39,810 nucleotides of DNA from contig JAEEYQ010000036.1 of the NCBI GenBank assembly GCA_016288215.1, positions 1 to 39,810 on the forward strand, read 5' to 3'. The translations under genes and the position numbers were made by a program. Of this stretch, positions 18,788-27,887 are shown piece after piece (within the stretch, counting starts at the first letter, position 1; each line of letters starts with the position of its first letter). The notes beneath the pieces are model-generated. The model saw only the letters and a program-made list of their open reading frames with translations. It did no database searches and was not told the origin of the DNA. Source of the stretch: Lentisphaeria bacterium (GTDB lineage: Bacteria; Verrucomicrobiota; Lentisphaeria; Oligosphaerales; Oligosphaeraceae).

Positions 18788-19864
18788 ATGCTTTGCCAAT
18801 CGACAAGTCGTTTTTTCTTCATCTTCTGCCTCTGTCTGGCGCTGATGGGAGCCGTCGGGTGCCGCAAACAAAGGGCCCCCGACTACAACCGCAGCACCTC
18901 TCAGGCGGTGGCTGACGTCTGCGCCGCTCTGTTGGCAGGGGACGACAACGCCGCCGTCCTCGCCATCCAGAAGCTCCAGCAGAATCCGGAGTCCGCCGGC
19001 TTTGCGGAGATCACCATGCACCATGTCATGCGCCTCCAGCAGCTGCGAGCCTTGAACAACATCCTTCTGGATGGTGACTATGAGCTTCTGCGGGAATGGC
19101 TTAAGGAAACGGAGGACTGCGGGGAGGCCAGCGTGGATCTGGTGGCCTACAGCGGCCATCCGGATGCCATGGAGGCGCTGGCCAACTATTTGAAGGGCAT
19201 GCCCTACACCACGGCGGAGGCCATGCGGGATGAACTGGACAAACTGCAGGCCCATCTTCACATCCTCAACACCTCCACCTTCTTCAGAGAATTCTATCTA
19301 TCTCAGCATCAACGACTTACAGAATTACGACAAAAGGCCGTCCAATCCACGGAGGCCCGCCTTCTCACCGCTTTGGACAAGGCGCTCTTCAGCGGAGATT
19401 TGGTCGAGGAGGGCAAGCTGGCCAACGCCTTGGCGGCCATCCATCCAAAACATTCCTATCTTCAACTGCAACAGACACTTCCAAATACGTCCTCCCTTCC
19501 CGGCCCCAAAGGGCGGGAACTGCAGCCCCTGCTTCTGGCCGCCTGCCGCGTCTGGGACGCCCTTCCCGCGGAGCTCAAGGGCCGACTGGCGGCAATGCGG
19601 CGGAGCCAGTCTCCGATTTCCCTCTGCGACGCCTGGCTGCCGTTCCGTGAAAGCGGCAATCAGGAGGATTATCTGCGGCTGTTGGCCTACTGTCGAAAGC
19701 GGCCGGACAATCTTCTTCCGCCGTCGCAGGCCACCAAAGATTATCTTCGGCATTATATTATGAATTCCATCAATTACCATGCCTGGTGCTGGCAGTCTCC
19801 ATGCGCCGGCGTAACGGAAGTCCTGGCCCGGCTCCATCAGGCCGGCTCCACCACCCCAAAATGA
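18788..19864 (+). CDS. Hypothetical lipoprotein (358 aa, helical)
   Basis: Signal peptide with lipobox …FCLCLALMGAVG-C. No recognisable catalytic motif. First gene of a co-directional run ending at cca. Confidence 0.65.
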   Translation: MLCQSTSRFFFIFCLCLALMGAVGCRKQRAPDYNRSTSQAVADVCAALLAGDDNAAVLAIQKLQQNPESAGFAEITMHHVMRLQQLRALNNILLDGDYELLREWLKETEDCGEASVDLVAYSGHPDAMEALANYLKGMPYTTAEAMRDELDKLQAHLHILNTSTFFREFYLSQHQRLTELRQKAVQSTEARLLTALDKALFSGDLVEEGKLANALAAIHPKHSYLQLQQTLPNTSSLPGPKGRELQPLLLAACRVWDALPAELKGRLAAMRRSQSPISLCDAWLPFRESGNQEDYLRLLAYCRKRPDNLLPPSQATKDYLRHYIMNSINYHAWCWQSPCAGVTEVLARLHQAGSTTPK

Positions 19865-19877
19865 ACAAGGAAACATC

Positions 19878-20987
19878 ATGAAGCTCAAATCCCTCGCGCC
19901 CACCATCTTGGGCATTTCTCTGGCCGTCCTGACCGCCTGCAACAGCGGCAAAAAGGAAGCCCCTGCGGAAGCCGCCGCCAAGCCCGCGGAAGAGGCCGCC
20001 GCCTCGACCACCACGTTCACGGCGGAAACCCCCACCGTCGACCTGCAGCTGCCTCAGGAGAACGCCGCCACGCTGGACGAGCTCTTCAAGCTCATTCCCG
20101 ACGTGGTCGCCACCTATGGAACCGACGGCAATGGCAAAATCACCGCCGCCGATCTGCGCAAAGTCTTGGAGCCCAATGTGAAAATCGCTCTTGAGAAAGG
20201 GGTTCCCATCGCCCCCGACCAATTCGTCGCCGTCGCGAAGCGAATGACGCAGAATATGGCCATGGAGAAGATCCTGGCCGAAGAGGCGGCGAAGGACGGC
20301 TTCAAGCCTAAAATCCAAGAGGCCACCGAGCAGGTTCAGAAAATCCGCGAGCAGGCAGGCGAGGAGTATGCCAAACAGCTGGCCGCCCAGAACACGACGG
20401 AGGAGGAGCTGATCAAGAAGCTGGCCGAAGGCCTTGCCATTGAGGCCTATCTGGAGAAGATCGCGGACATCAAGGACGAGGACATCCAGAAGTTCTACGA
20501 TGACAACAAGGAAACCATCTTCACGCAGCGTCAGGCCTCCCATATTTTGGTGAAAGTGGAGCCTGATGCGTCGGACGAAGACAAGGCCGCCGCCAAGAAG
20601 AAGCTTGAGGACATTCAGGCCAAACTGGCCGACGGAGCCGATTTCGCGGAACTGGCCAAGGCCCACAGCGACTGCCCCTCCAAAGAACAGGGCGGCGACT
20701 TGGGGAAATTCAACCGCGGTCAAATGGTCAAGCCCTTTGAGGATGCCCTTGCGGAGCTGAAATCCGGCGAAATCAGCAAGCTGGTGGAGACTCAGTTCGG
20801 CTATCATCTCATCAAGGCCGGCGACACCACCGTCGCCGAATTCGATGACGTGAAAGACGGCATCCGCCAGAACCTGTTCCGCAATCAGGTGGAAGAGATT
20901 CTCAAGCAGATTCAAGAAAACCAGATCATCAATGTTCTGATTCCGGACCCCGCCCCCGCCACGGCGCCAGCGGGAGACGCTCAATAG
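19878..20987 (+). CDS. Lipoprotein with C-terminal PpiC/parvulin-type peptidyl-prolyl cis-trans isomerase domain (SurA/PrsA-like)
   Basis: AAGGAAAC RBS. Lipobox LAVLTA-C. Parvulin domain …ASHILVKV…[35 protein letters not shown]…GYHLIK. Confidence 0.85.
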   Translation: MKLKSLAPTILGISLAVLTACNSGKKEAPAEAAAKPAEEAAASTTTFTAETPTVDLQLPQENAATLDELFKLIPDVVATYGTDGNGKITAADLRKVLEPNVKIALEKGVPIAPDQFVAVAKRMTQNMAMEKILAEEAAKDGFKPKIQEATEQVQKIREQAGEEYAKQLAAQNTTEEELIKKLAEGLAIEAYLEKIADIKDEDIQKFYDDNKETIFTQRQASHILVKVEPDASDEDKAAAKKKLEDIQAKLADGADFAELAKAHSDCPSKEQGGDLGKFNRGQMVKPFEDALAELKSGEISKLVETQFGYHLIKAGDTTVAEFDDVKDGIRQNLFRNQVEEILKQIQENQIINVLIPDPAPATAPAGDAQ

Positions 20988-21036
20988 ACCCATTCGGCCC
21001 CTTGGCTCACATCTCACTGAAGAAAGGACTGTTATC

Positions 21037-22044
21037 ATGCCTATCATTGGAATGCTCAGTGTCGTGGCCTTCATCGCGATATTGGTGATGGCGTTCATCT
21101 TCTTCCACTATTTCGGCGTCTGGATTCAGGCCTGGGCCTCCGGCGCCCACATCGGCGTCTGGAAACTGGTGGGAATGTCCCTCCGCAAAGTCAACGCCTC
21201 CCAAATTGTCCGCGCCTACATCCAGTTGCGGCGGGCGGGGTTGGACATGATCAGCACCGACGAGCTGGAAGGCCATTTCATGGCCGGCGGCAACGTGCTC
21301 AACGTGGTCAACGCCCTTATCGCGGCGGACAAGGCCAACATCCCCCTGACCTTCAAGCGCGCCACCGCCATCGACTTGGCCGGCCGTGACGTCTTCGACG
21401 CCGTCCGCATGAGCGTCAACCCCCGCGTCATCGACTGCCCCAACCCCTCCAAAGGCCGCCTGACGGTGGACGCCGTCGCCAAAGACGGCATTCAAGTGAA
21501 GGCCAAGGCCCGCGTCACCGTCCGCGCCAACCTGGACAGCCTGGTCGGCGGCGCCACGGAGGAAACCATCATCGCCCGCGTTGGCGAGGGCATCGTCTCC
21601 ACCATCGGCTCCTCCGAATCCTACAAGGTAGTCCTTGAGAACCCGGACAACATCTCCCAGACCGTTCTCAAAAAGGGGCTGGACAGCGGAACCGCCTTCG
21701 AAATCCTCTCCATTGACATCGCCGACGTGGACGTTGGCGACAACATCGGCTCCCGCCTCCAGGCCGATCAGGCGGAGGCGGACACCCGCGTCGCGCAGGC
21801 GAACGCCGAAGTCCGCCGCGCCGCGGCCGTCGCCGAAGAGCAGGAGATGCGGGCCCGCGTTCAGGAGATGCAGGCCAAAGTCGTGGCCGCCCAGGCGGAA
21901 GTGCCGTTGGCCATGGCCGAAGCCCTCAAGAGCGGCAAACTCGGCGTCATGGACTACTATCGGCTGGAGAACCTGCAGGCGGACACGGAGATGCGCAACA
22001 GCATCACGGGTCCCGAAGCCTCCGAGTCCAAGAAGACGGAATAG
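21037..22044 (+). CDS. floA: Flotillin-like protein FloA (YqfA/UPF0365 family, SPFH superfamily)
   Basis: Near-colinear similarity to B. subtilis FloA: N-terminal TM segment, …[16 protein letters not shown]…[41 protein letters not shown]…, and a C-terminal EA-rich coiled coil ending [25 protein letters not shown]. Confidence 0.9.
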   Translation: MPIIGMLSVVAFIAILVMAFIFFHYFGVWIQAWASGAHIGVWKLVGMSLRKVNASQIVRAYIQLRRAGLDMISTDELEGHFMAGGNVLNVVNALIAADKANIPLTFKRATAIDLAGRDVFDAVRMSVNPRVIDCPNPSKGRLTVDAVAKDGIQVKAKARVTVRANLDSLVGGATEETIIARVGEGIVSTIGSSESYKVVLENPDNISQTVLKKGLDSGTAFEILSIDIADVDVGDNIGSRLQADQAEADTRVAQANAEVRRAAAVAEEQEMRARVQEMQAKVVAAQAEVPLAMAEALKSGKLGVMDYYRLENLQADTEMRNSITGPEASESKKTE

Positions 22045-22053
22045 TCCCCCAAG

Positions 22054-22076
22054 CCCCTGCCCATGACGGGCAGGGG
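22054..22076 (+). terminator. Hairpin after floA (perfect 9-bp stem cccctgccc-atgac-gggcagggg), no U-run
   Basis: Perfect inverted repeat starting 10 bp after the floA stop codon. Confidence 0.4.
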
Positions 22077-22179
22077 AGCGTCCTGCGGGGCATGAATCAT
22101 AAGTTCCTATCCCACAGGATGTTACATATTATTCAGCGACTCTGCGCAAAGCCATCATTCAACTGGATTGCCCTTCGTC

Positions 22180-22920
22180 ATGAAAGAAGTTTTCCCTTTC
22201 ATCATCGCGTTTGCATTCGTGGCCCTCAGAATCTTTCTGGCCGCCAAACGCAATTCCGCGGAACGCTCCTATCGCGAGTCATCCCCCAATCCGCCCAATC
22301 GGCCCTCGCATCAGCCCCCTAGCCTCCGCGGCAACACCACAACTGGCGGACGCCCCGTCGGCGGCCCTCGGCCCTCATCCATGGGCCGTCCGTCGCCAAT
22401 CGCCCCGCCGTCGTCCCCGCCGCCGCAGCTCCCCAGCCTCTTTGACGAGCTGCTAGGGCTGGACAAGCTGGAGCAGGAGGAGGCCGCCAAAGACGCCATG
22501 CCGTTGGAGCCGCAACGTCCAATCGACTCCCAACCGACGGCGCCGCCGCTGCCTCGACAGGAGAGACCCCAAAACCAACGGAAGAGCCATAAGGGCCAAC
22601 GGCAACGGGATGAGGCTTCCGCCTTCGGCGCCGCCGCCCATGGAAAGAAAAGCAACGCCATGGGCAAGGTCTTCACTCAAAAGGACAAGTCCCATGTGGA
22701 CAGCTCGACCTTCGCCAAGAGCAAGACGACGGCCATCAGCCCGAAGGACAGCGCCCCCAAGAACCTCGCCCAGATGATGGAGCAGCTCAAGTCCAATCAG
22801 CGACGGTCCAAACGGGGCCTGAGGCTCCCCTACCCGGTCACGTTCACAAACCGTCAGGAACTTCGCAAGGCGTTGGTCATGAACGAGATCCTCAGCCGTC
22901 CAAGGGCCTACGACATCTAA
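22180..22920 (+). CDS. Proline-rich low-complexity membrane protein (hypothetical), single N-terminal TM helix
   Basis: An ATG at 22180 gives MKEVFPFIIAFAFVALRIFLAAKR (a TM helix), then a P/S/Q-rich disordered region. The ORF-track start at 22168 is TTG. In high-GC DNA it could be spurious, but it occupies the slot downstream of floA. Confidence 0.5.
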   Translation: MKEVFPFIIAFAFVALRIFLAAKRNSAERSYRESSPNPPNRPSHQPPSLRGNTTTGGRPVGGPRPSSMGRPSPIAPPSSPPPQLPSLFDELLGLDKLEQEEAAKDAMPLEPQRPIDSQPTAPPLPRQERPQNQRKSHKGQRQRDEASAFGAAAHGKKSNAMGKVFTQKDKSHVDSSTFAKSKTTAISPKDSAPKNLAQMMEQLKSNQRRSKRGLRLPYPVTFTNRQELRKALVMNEILSRPRAYDI

Positions 22921-23058
22921 CCGCGCCCCGCTAGCCACATCCGCTGAAAAATCGTATCGTCAAATCAAAACGATGCAAAATGTGGCATGAAATTTGCTCT
23001 ATATACCATATACTATATGGTACGCAAAACACCGCCAACTGTCAATCCCGAAATCTTA

Positions 23059-24429
23059 ATGAGCTATTCCGTTGTCCTTGACATATGCCGCCGCATACAA
23101 GACGCCGGCGGCCGCGCCCTGCTAGTGGGCGGTTGCGTGCGGGATGCCCTTATGGGGTTGGACAGCAAGGACTTCGATATCGAGGTCCATGGCCTATCCC
23201 CCGAACAGCTGCGTCAATGCGTCGGCTCCCGCTATGATTTGGACTTGGTGGGAGCCAGTTTCGGCGTCTTCAAGGTGCATCATTACGACATCGACATCTC
23301 TTTGCCCCGCGTGGAGAACAAGACGGGAGCCGGTCATCGGGGCTTCATGGTGGAGGCCGTGGCGAATCTTCCCATCGAACAGGCGGCGGCGCGGCGGGAC
23401 TTCACCATCAACGCCATCATGAAGGATCCGCTGAGCGGCGAGATTCTCGATCCATGGAAGGGGCTGGAGGACTTGAAGGCCAAATGCCTTCGTCATGTGA
23501 GCGACCACTTTTCCGAAGACCCGCTGCGGGTGCTCCGCGGCATGCAGTTTGCCGCCCGCTTCGCCTTCCATGGGGCGCCGGAGACCCTTCGCCTCTGCGC
23601 CACCATGAGCCAAGACGAACTGCCGCGGGAGCGACTGGGCACGGAATGGGAGAAGCTGCTGCTGAAGGGGATACGCCCCTCGGCGGGGCTTGAGTTTCTC
23701 CGCGCCTGCGGCTGGCTTCGCCATTATCCGGAGCTGGCGGCCTTGGTGGGTTGCCAACAGGATCCCCGCTGGCATCCGGAGGGGGATGTGTGGCAGCATA
23801 CCCTGCGGGCCCTTGACGCCGCGGCGGGCCGTCGCACAGGAGAGCCGGCCGATGACCTTGCCGTGGGACTGGCGGTTCTTTGCCATGATTTCGGAAAGCC
23901 CGCCACCACCCGTGTCCGCAAAAGCGATGGCCGCATCATCAGCCATGGCCATGACACCATGGGCGAGGCGCCGACTCGCCATTTCGTGGAGCGGTTGTGG
24001 AATCAGCCTCGGCTGGAGGACCAAGTGGTTCGGCTGGTCCTCTGCCATATGCAGCCGGAGTGCCTGGTCCGCAACAACGCTTCCGACAAGGCGTTCCGCA
24101 AACTCGCCCTGCGCGTGAAACGGCCGGATCTCCTCGCCAACGTGGCCGCCTGCGACGCCTTGGCCGCCAATCCCGACGCGGACCTGTCCTCCATCGATCA
24201 GTTCATGGAAAAGATGCAAGCCCTTGCCGTGGAGAAGGCTCCGCCAAAACCCATCATCTTGGGCCGTCATCTTGTCCAGCGGGGCTTTGCCCCCGGCCCC
24301 AATTTCAAACCCATCTTGGACAAATGCTTCGAGGCCCAGCTGGATGGCAAATTCACCGACGAACCCGGCGGCCTCCGCTTCCTGGACCGCCTTCTTGCGT
24401 GGAAAACCCATAAACCGCAGACAATCTAA
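23059..24429 (+). CDS. cca: CCA-adding tRNA nucleotidyltransferase / poly(A) polymerase family with C-terminal HD domain
   Basis: Pol-beta NTase head motif LLVGGCVRDALMGLDSKDFDIEV…, RRDFTINA and an HD motif (CHDFGKP). I chose the ATG at 23059 (MSYSVVLDICRR…); the ORF-track start at 22987 adds a 24-aa extension spanning a palindrome. Confidence 0.85.
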   Translation: MSYSVVLDICRRIQDAGGRALLVGGCVRDALMGLDSKDFDIEVHGLSPEQLRQCVGSRYDLDLVGASFGVFKVHHYDIDISLPRVENKTGAGHRGFMVEAVANLPIEQAAARRDFTINAIMKDPLSGEILDPWKGLEDLKAKCLRHVSDHFSEDPLRVLRGMQFAARFAFHGAPETLRLCATMSQDELPRERLGTEWEKLLLKGIRPSAGLEFLRACGWLRHYPELAALVGCQQDPRWHPEGDVWQHTLRALDAAAGRRTGEPADDLAVGLAVLCHDFGKPATTRVRKSDGRIISHGHDTMGEAPTRHFVERLWNQPRLEDQVVRLVLCHMQPECLVRNNASDKAFRKLALRVKRPDLLANVAACDALAANPDADLSSIDQFMEKMQALAVEKAPPKPIILGRHLVQRGFAPGPNFKPILDKCFEAQLDGKFTDEPGGLRFLDRLLAWKTHKPQTI

Positions 24430-24629
24430 AACCGATTCAATAATCGTAAATTATTAATAATAAATAACTTATATTAATTCTAAAAACAGCATTTGGCTTT
24501 TTCTTCATGCAAATCATCATGCTGAATCGGTCTCTCCCCCAGACATCAAAATGTGCGGAAAAGGCTATAGAGGCAGAAGGCGAGGCATGCTGAAAAAGAA
24601 GAGCCGCTTTGGCGGCGGCAGGATATTAG

Positions 24630-24782
24630 CCGTGGGTAAGCGCAACGCCGTAGGCGTAAGCGTAACCCACGGTGCACGAGAAAAATAGAGTTTCAGAACC
24701 GCGAAGCGTTGACAGGAGCCTGACGTGGGCGAAGCAAAGCGAAACCCACGAACAGATTTCCTGCCACCATTAACGTGGTCCC
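24630..24782. repeat. Two tandem related hairpins, plus a third partial one, built on CGTGGG/CCCACG boxes and AAGCG repeats (REP-like or small structured RNA)
   Basis: Hairpin A: ccgtgggt-[aagcgcaacgccgtaggcgtaagcgta]-acccacgg at 24630-24672. Hairpin B is a shortened copy: cgtggg-[cgaagcaaagcgaaa]-cccacg at 24724-24750. A further cgtgg box lies at 24774. The segment is ~52% GC, wedged between the AT-rich flanks of the island edge. Confidence 0.4.
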
Positions 24783-24914
24783 AATTGTGTCTTTCAGGAA
24801 GAATAGTGTTTTATATAACTATTCAGAATCCTGATAATCCTGGAAAGCCGTTCCCATGGCTGAATTATGACCATGAACTTTGATTTTATGGATAGGTTCT
24901 GAATAGTAACAATC

Positions 24915-25583
24915 TCATGATTTATGGAAATTTGGAAACAGTAGGATTTCAAAAAATAGTTCTGGGTCGTTGCAACTGTCAACAGGTACCACTGGCTTAT
25001 CTCCCATTTTTGTGACTTTTAAGGTAATAGCTGGTTTTAATTCAGTAAAAATACAATATATGAATTCTGTGCAATATATCTTTTCAGATTCTGATAAATC
25101 CAATTTATAATCAAATGGCCTATTCATATATTTGTTGGTTATGTTCAATAATATAGAAGAATCTTCAATACTTTGATTCTTTTCTCGAAGACGATAGACA
25201 GCCGCTCCATCACCATTCAACAGAAAGTCAACAAGAGACACTTCTGTAACAGAACCAATACCTGTATAGTCATTTACATCAGCATGCAAGACGGTGACAT
25301 TTTTATCATTCTCATTGATTATGATTCCCACATGTGAAAACCGTTTATCATGTTGTGAAAAGTCACGGCACATATCTGACCAAAATCCATTTCCTTTTCG
25401 ACAAATAACATCTCCTGTTTTAAGTATTTTATTAATATTATTTTCAATAATATAATGATTTATTCTTTCTTTTGTTATGGATAGTTTTATTGCGGAATGA
25501 TATTTATAAACAATAATAAGAAAAATAGAAAGAAATAATAATGAATAAAATACCACAATTATTTTATTTCGATATTTTTTCAT
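24915..25583 (-). CDS. YiiX/YaeF-family permuted papain-like (NlpC/P60 superfamily) amidase with N-terminal membrane anchor
   Basis: Colinear with E. coli YiiX motifs: GDVICRK matches GDIIF, SHVGII matches SHTGM (catalytic His), FDYKLDLSESEKIYCTEFIY matches YDFSFSWSDDRQYCSEVVW (catalytic Cys). N-terminal TM helix IIVVFYSLLFLSIFLIIV. Confidence 0.8.
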   Translation of the reverse strand: MKKYRNKIIVVFYSLLFLSIFLIIVYKYHSAIKLSITKERINHYIIENNINKILKTGDVICRKGNGFWSDMCRDFSQHDKRFSHVGIIINENDKNVTVLHADVNDYTGIGSVTEVSLVDFLLNGDGAAVYRLREKNQSIEDSSILLNITNKYMNRPFDYKLDLSESEKIYCTEFIYCIFTELKPAITLKVTKMGDKPVVPVDSCNDPELFFEILLFPNFHKS

Positions 25584-25668
25584 ATATTTATGCTTTTAAT
25601 TAGTAAAATCTCCTCTAACTATTATTCAAAATTCATGTTAGAGGAGATTATCTTATCAATACTTATAC

Positions 25669-26124
25669 TTAATTGAAACTCTGCTTTGTAACACATACTT
25701 TCCAATTTCCATTCTCATCTTTTTCAGCAGGAATGGAATATTCTTTTGGTTCATCATCCAAGTATGATAAAATATTAGCGACACCTTTTTTTTCACTGAC
25801 CATTTTAACATCGACTACATCTAGTTTAGAAATTATGAGTGCCTCGTCTGCTTGTTCATTCATTCCCATAGTAGCTAACTTTACCATTGAACTTAATTGC
25901 TCAAATGTTTCATACCCTGTTTTATTGCAAATTTCTTTGGCCATATCTTTGTTACTTGTATAAAGTGCTAGCATAAACTTCTGTCCAAGTTCACCGATGA
26001 TTTCTTCATCACTCTTTCCATTTCCACAGCCGTTCATAGTAGCCATTAGTCCAATTACAAATATGATAGCAAGTCCTCTCTGGACAAGTGTTTTTTTAAT
26101 AACCTGACAAATTGTGTGTGTCAT
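25669..26124 (-). CDS. Small lipoprotein (hypothetical)
   Basis: AGGAG RBS 6 nt before the ATG at 26124. Signal peptide and lipobox …GLAIIFVIGLMATMNG-C. The ORF-track start at 26190 adds 22 aa lacking an RBS. Confidence 0.65.
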   Translation of the reverse strand: MTHTICQVIKKTLVQRGLAIIFVIGLMATMNGCGNGKSDEEIIGELGQKFMLALYTSNKDMAKEICNKTGYETFEQLSSMVKLATMGMNEQADEALIISKLDVVDVKMVSEKKGVANILSYLDDEPKEYSIPAEKDENGNWKVCVTKQSFN

Positions 26125-26153
26125 TTTTGACTCCTGTTCATTGATATTAACCT

Positions 26154-26206
26154 GAATCCGTGAAGTAAAAATCAGTTGGTTCCCCTTCACGGATTCTGTC
26201 GTTTTT
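26154..26206 (+). terminator. 12-bp perfect inverted repeat (gaatccgtgaag / cttcacggattc) with 19-nt loop, followed by TGTCGTTTTT
   Basis: Read directly from the sequence. Lies ~30 nt upstream of the lipoprotein SD on the minus strand. On the plus strand it looks like an intrinsic terminator, with no annotated plus-strand gene upstream. Confidence 0.4.
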
Positions 26207-26598
26207 CATAAAGGGAATCTTCCAACTTGCTTTTCAATGCTTCGCGGTGTGCTATTGCCGTTCCACATCTTCTCTGTTTTTGAACTCTATGTTTTCATAT
26301 TTGCTCCTTTTTGCTCATTGAATACAATCTCTTCCGTCTTTTCAGTACACGTCACGCTCTGCCTCTGCCTTAGAGACATCCAAAAGCATGCGTTGCAATT
26401 GGAACACTTTTCAGCAATTCTCAAAAAAAGCGAATCAACAAAATTACATCATGTTTGCCTCATTGATGGCGGTTGGAAAATGGAAAATATGTTCTAGAAT
26501 ATACTGTTAACCAATATGTTGTAGAATTATTTTTCTGCATTTTATTTGTTTCTTTGTAAGTTTAATTTACGGATTCTGGATTACATTATTGGGATATT

Positions 26599-27039
26599 TC
26601 AAGGAAAGTCAACTCCCATAAATGGCGAGCATCTATATAATCTGTGGACTATCATTGGCAATGCAATGAATAATCCATATTTCATTGTGGCTATTTTGGC
26701 ATAATTTGAACATGAAGGTCTCATACAGCATCTTAATCGTATATAAGAGGGAGCATAATGTTGATAAATAATGATGAAAAGAAGGAATATAAAATCACTA
26801 CAAACTAAAATATCAAAACACCAAAAAATAAGCTGTAACTTTGTAAACCACATTTTACTATAGCATATTGAATAACTACATAAAATATGTATAGAAAGTA
26901 TGTGAATTCCCTGAAGAATTAATAATAGAAAAAATAAACTTATAATATATGAAATTTTAACTTTTGGTCGATAAAGTCGTTTTATTGGAGCTGTTACCAC
27001 ATTATACTTTGGGGAATTGAAATAAGTTACAGTAATCAT
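26599..27039 (-). CDS. YidD-family (DUF37, membrane protein insertion efficiency factor-like) protein with a ~60-aa hydrophobic N-terminal extension
   Basis: C-terminal 80 aa …IIIYQHYAPSYIRLRCCMRPSCSNYAKIATMKYGLFIALPMIVHRLYRCSPFMGVDFP align with the YidD consensus YQR.ISP…CRF.PTCS.Y……RC.P…GG.DPVP. An alternative start at 26853 (MWFTKL…) would give a canonical 84-aa YidD. Confidence 0.7.
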   Translation of the reverse strand: MITVTYFNSPKYNVVTAPIKRLYRPKVKISYIISLFFLLLILQGIHILSIHILCSYSICYSKMWFTKLQLIFWCFDILVCSDFIFLLFIIIYQHYAPSYIRLRCCMRPSCSNYAKIATMKYGLFIALPMIVHRLYRCSPFMGVDFP

Positions 27040-27161
27040 TTAACATTAACAACCCTATTTATTTTAATCGTTTTTTGAAAAACATTAAGGAAATAATAAT
27101 TCTTGCACGAAATTATGTATTTCATGCAAGAATTATATACAGAAACCAATTTTCTAATACT

Positions 27162-27842
27162 TTAGTTACTCTTCTTGTCTCGTAACTGCTGTTTCATTGC
27201 CTGAACCATTCGTTCAATATCTTCAGATGAATCCATAGCTACTTTAAACTTATCTCCTGGAACAACAATTTGAAATTTCGTGGTATCTATCTGTCGAGAA
27301 GCAACTCCCTTTTTAGAGAATATGCAACCTCCTTTTTGTGCGAACCATTTTGGTGTGACTGATTCACTTGTTGTTGATATCGAAGTAACATCTTTGTAAA
27401 AATACTCTTCAGTATTTTCTTCCTTTGCATCTGCACACATGCAGAATGAATATTCATATACATATATCTGGGTTTTTGAGAAAAATAGCCAAGTTGACAT
27501 CCATGTCGAACTGACATATTTTCCACTTTCCGTCTCACGCACAAAATTATCATCAATCCAATAGCCTATAAAGTTTACAGGTGGTATTTCTGATATTTCT
27601 TCTTCATCAAGCCCAATTTTGTTAATTGCACGTTCTTTCAGGTTGAGCGATTCAATTTTAGACTGAACCAGTTTCTCATAATCTGCATCCTTAAGACCAA
27701 AATGTCGAAGGATACAGCAATCTTGCAAAAAATATGACAAAACTTTTCGCTGTTCTGCATTTTTTGTCAATTTCTTTGCATGTCTAAGAATCACTTCTCT
27801 TGATGCATTTTCAGGAACATTCAGCGGAACTTTTACTGACAT
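27162..27842 (-). CDS. Hypothetical cytosolic protein (226 aa), fourth gene of the island cassette
   Basis: AAGGAGA RBS 8 nt before the ATG. No TM segments and no recognisable domain. Its start lies 45 bp after the stop of the upstream ZnR/TPR gene. Confidence 0.7.
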   Translation of the reverse strand: MSVKVPLNVPENASREVILRHAKKLTKNAEQRKVLSYFLQDCCILRHFGLKDADYEKLVQSKIESLNLKERAINKIGLDEEEISEIPPVNFIGYWIDDNFVRETESGKYVSSTWMSTWLFFSKTQIYVYEYSFCMCADAKEENTEEYFYKDVTSISTTSESVTPKWFAQKGGCIFSKKGVASRQIDTTKFQIVVPGDKFKVAMDSSEDIERMVQAMKQQLRDKKSN

Positions 27843-27887
27843 TGTACCGTCTCCTTTTGTTGCGTTTTTCTATCACTAATGAGGATA

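Noticed and set aside
24794-24982. 62-aa minus-strand ORF overlapping the 3' end of the YiiX gene
   Set aside because: It overlaps a well-supported CDS in another frame and has no RBS.
26237-26497. 86-aa hydrophobic ORF on the plus strand in the island gap
   Set aside because: No RBS. It is on the opposite strand to every other island gene and begins right after a plus-strand terminator-like hairpin. AT-rich DNA yields such ORFs by chance. The region is kept as a possible sRNA locus instead.
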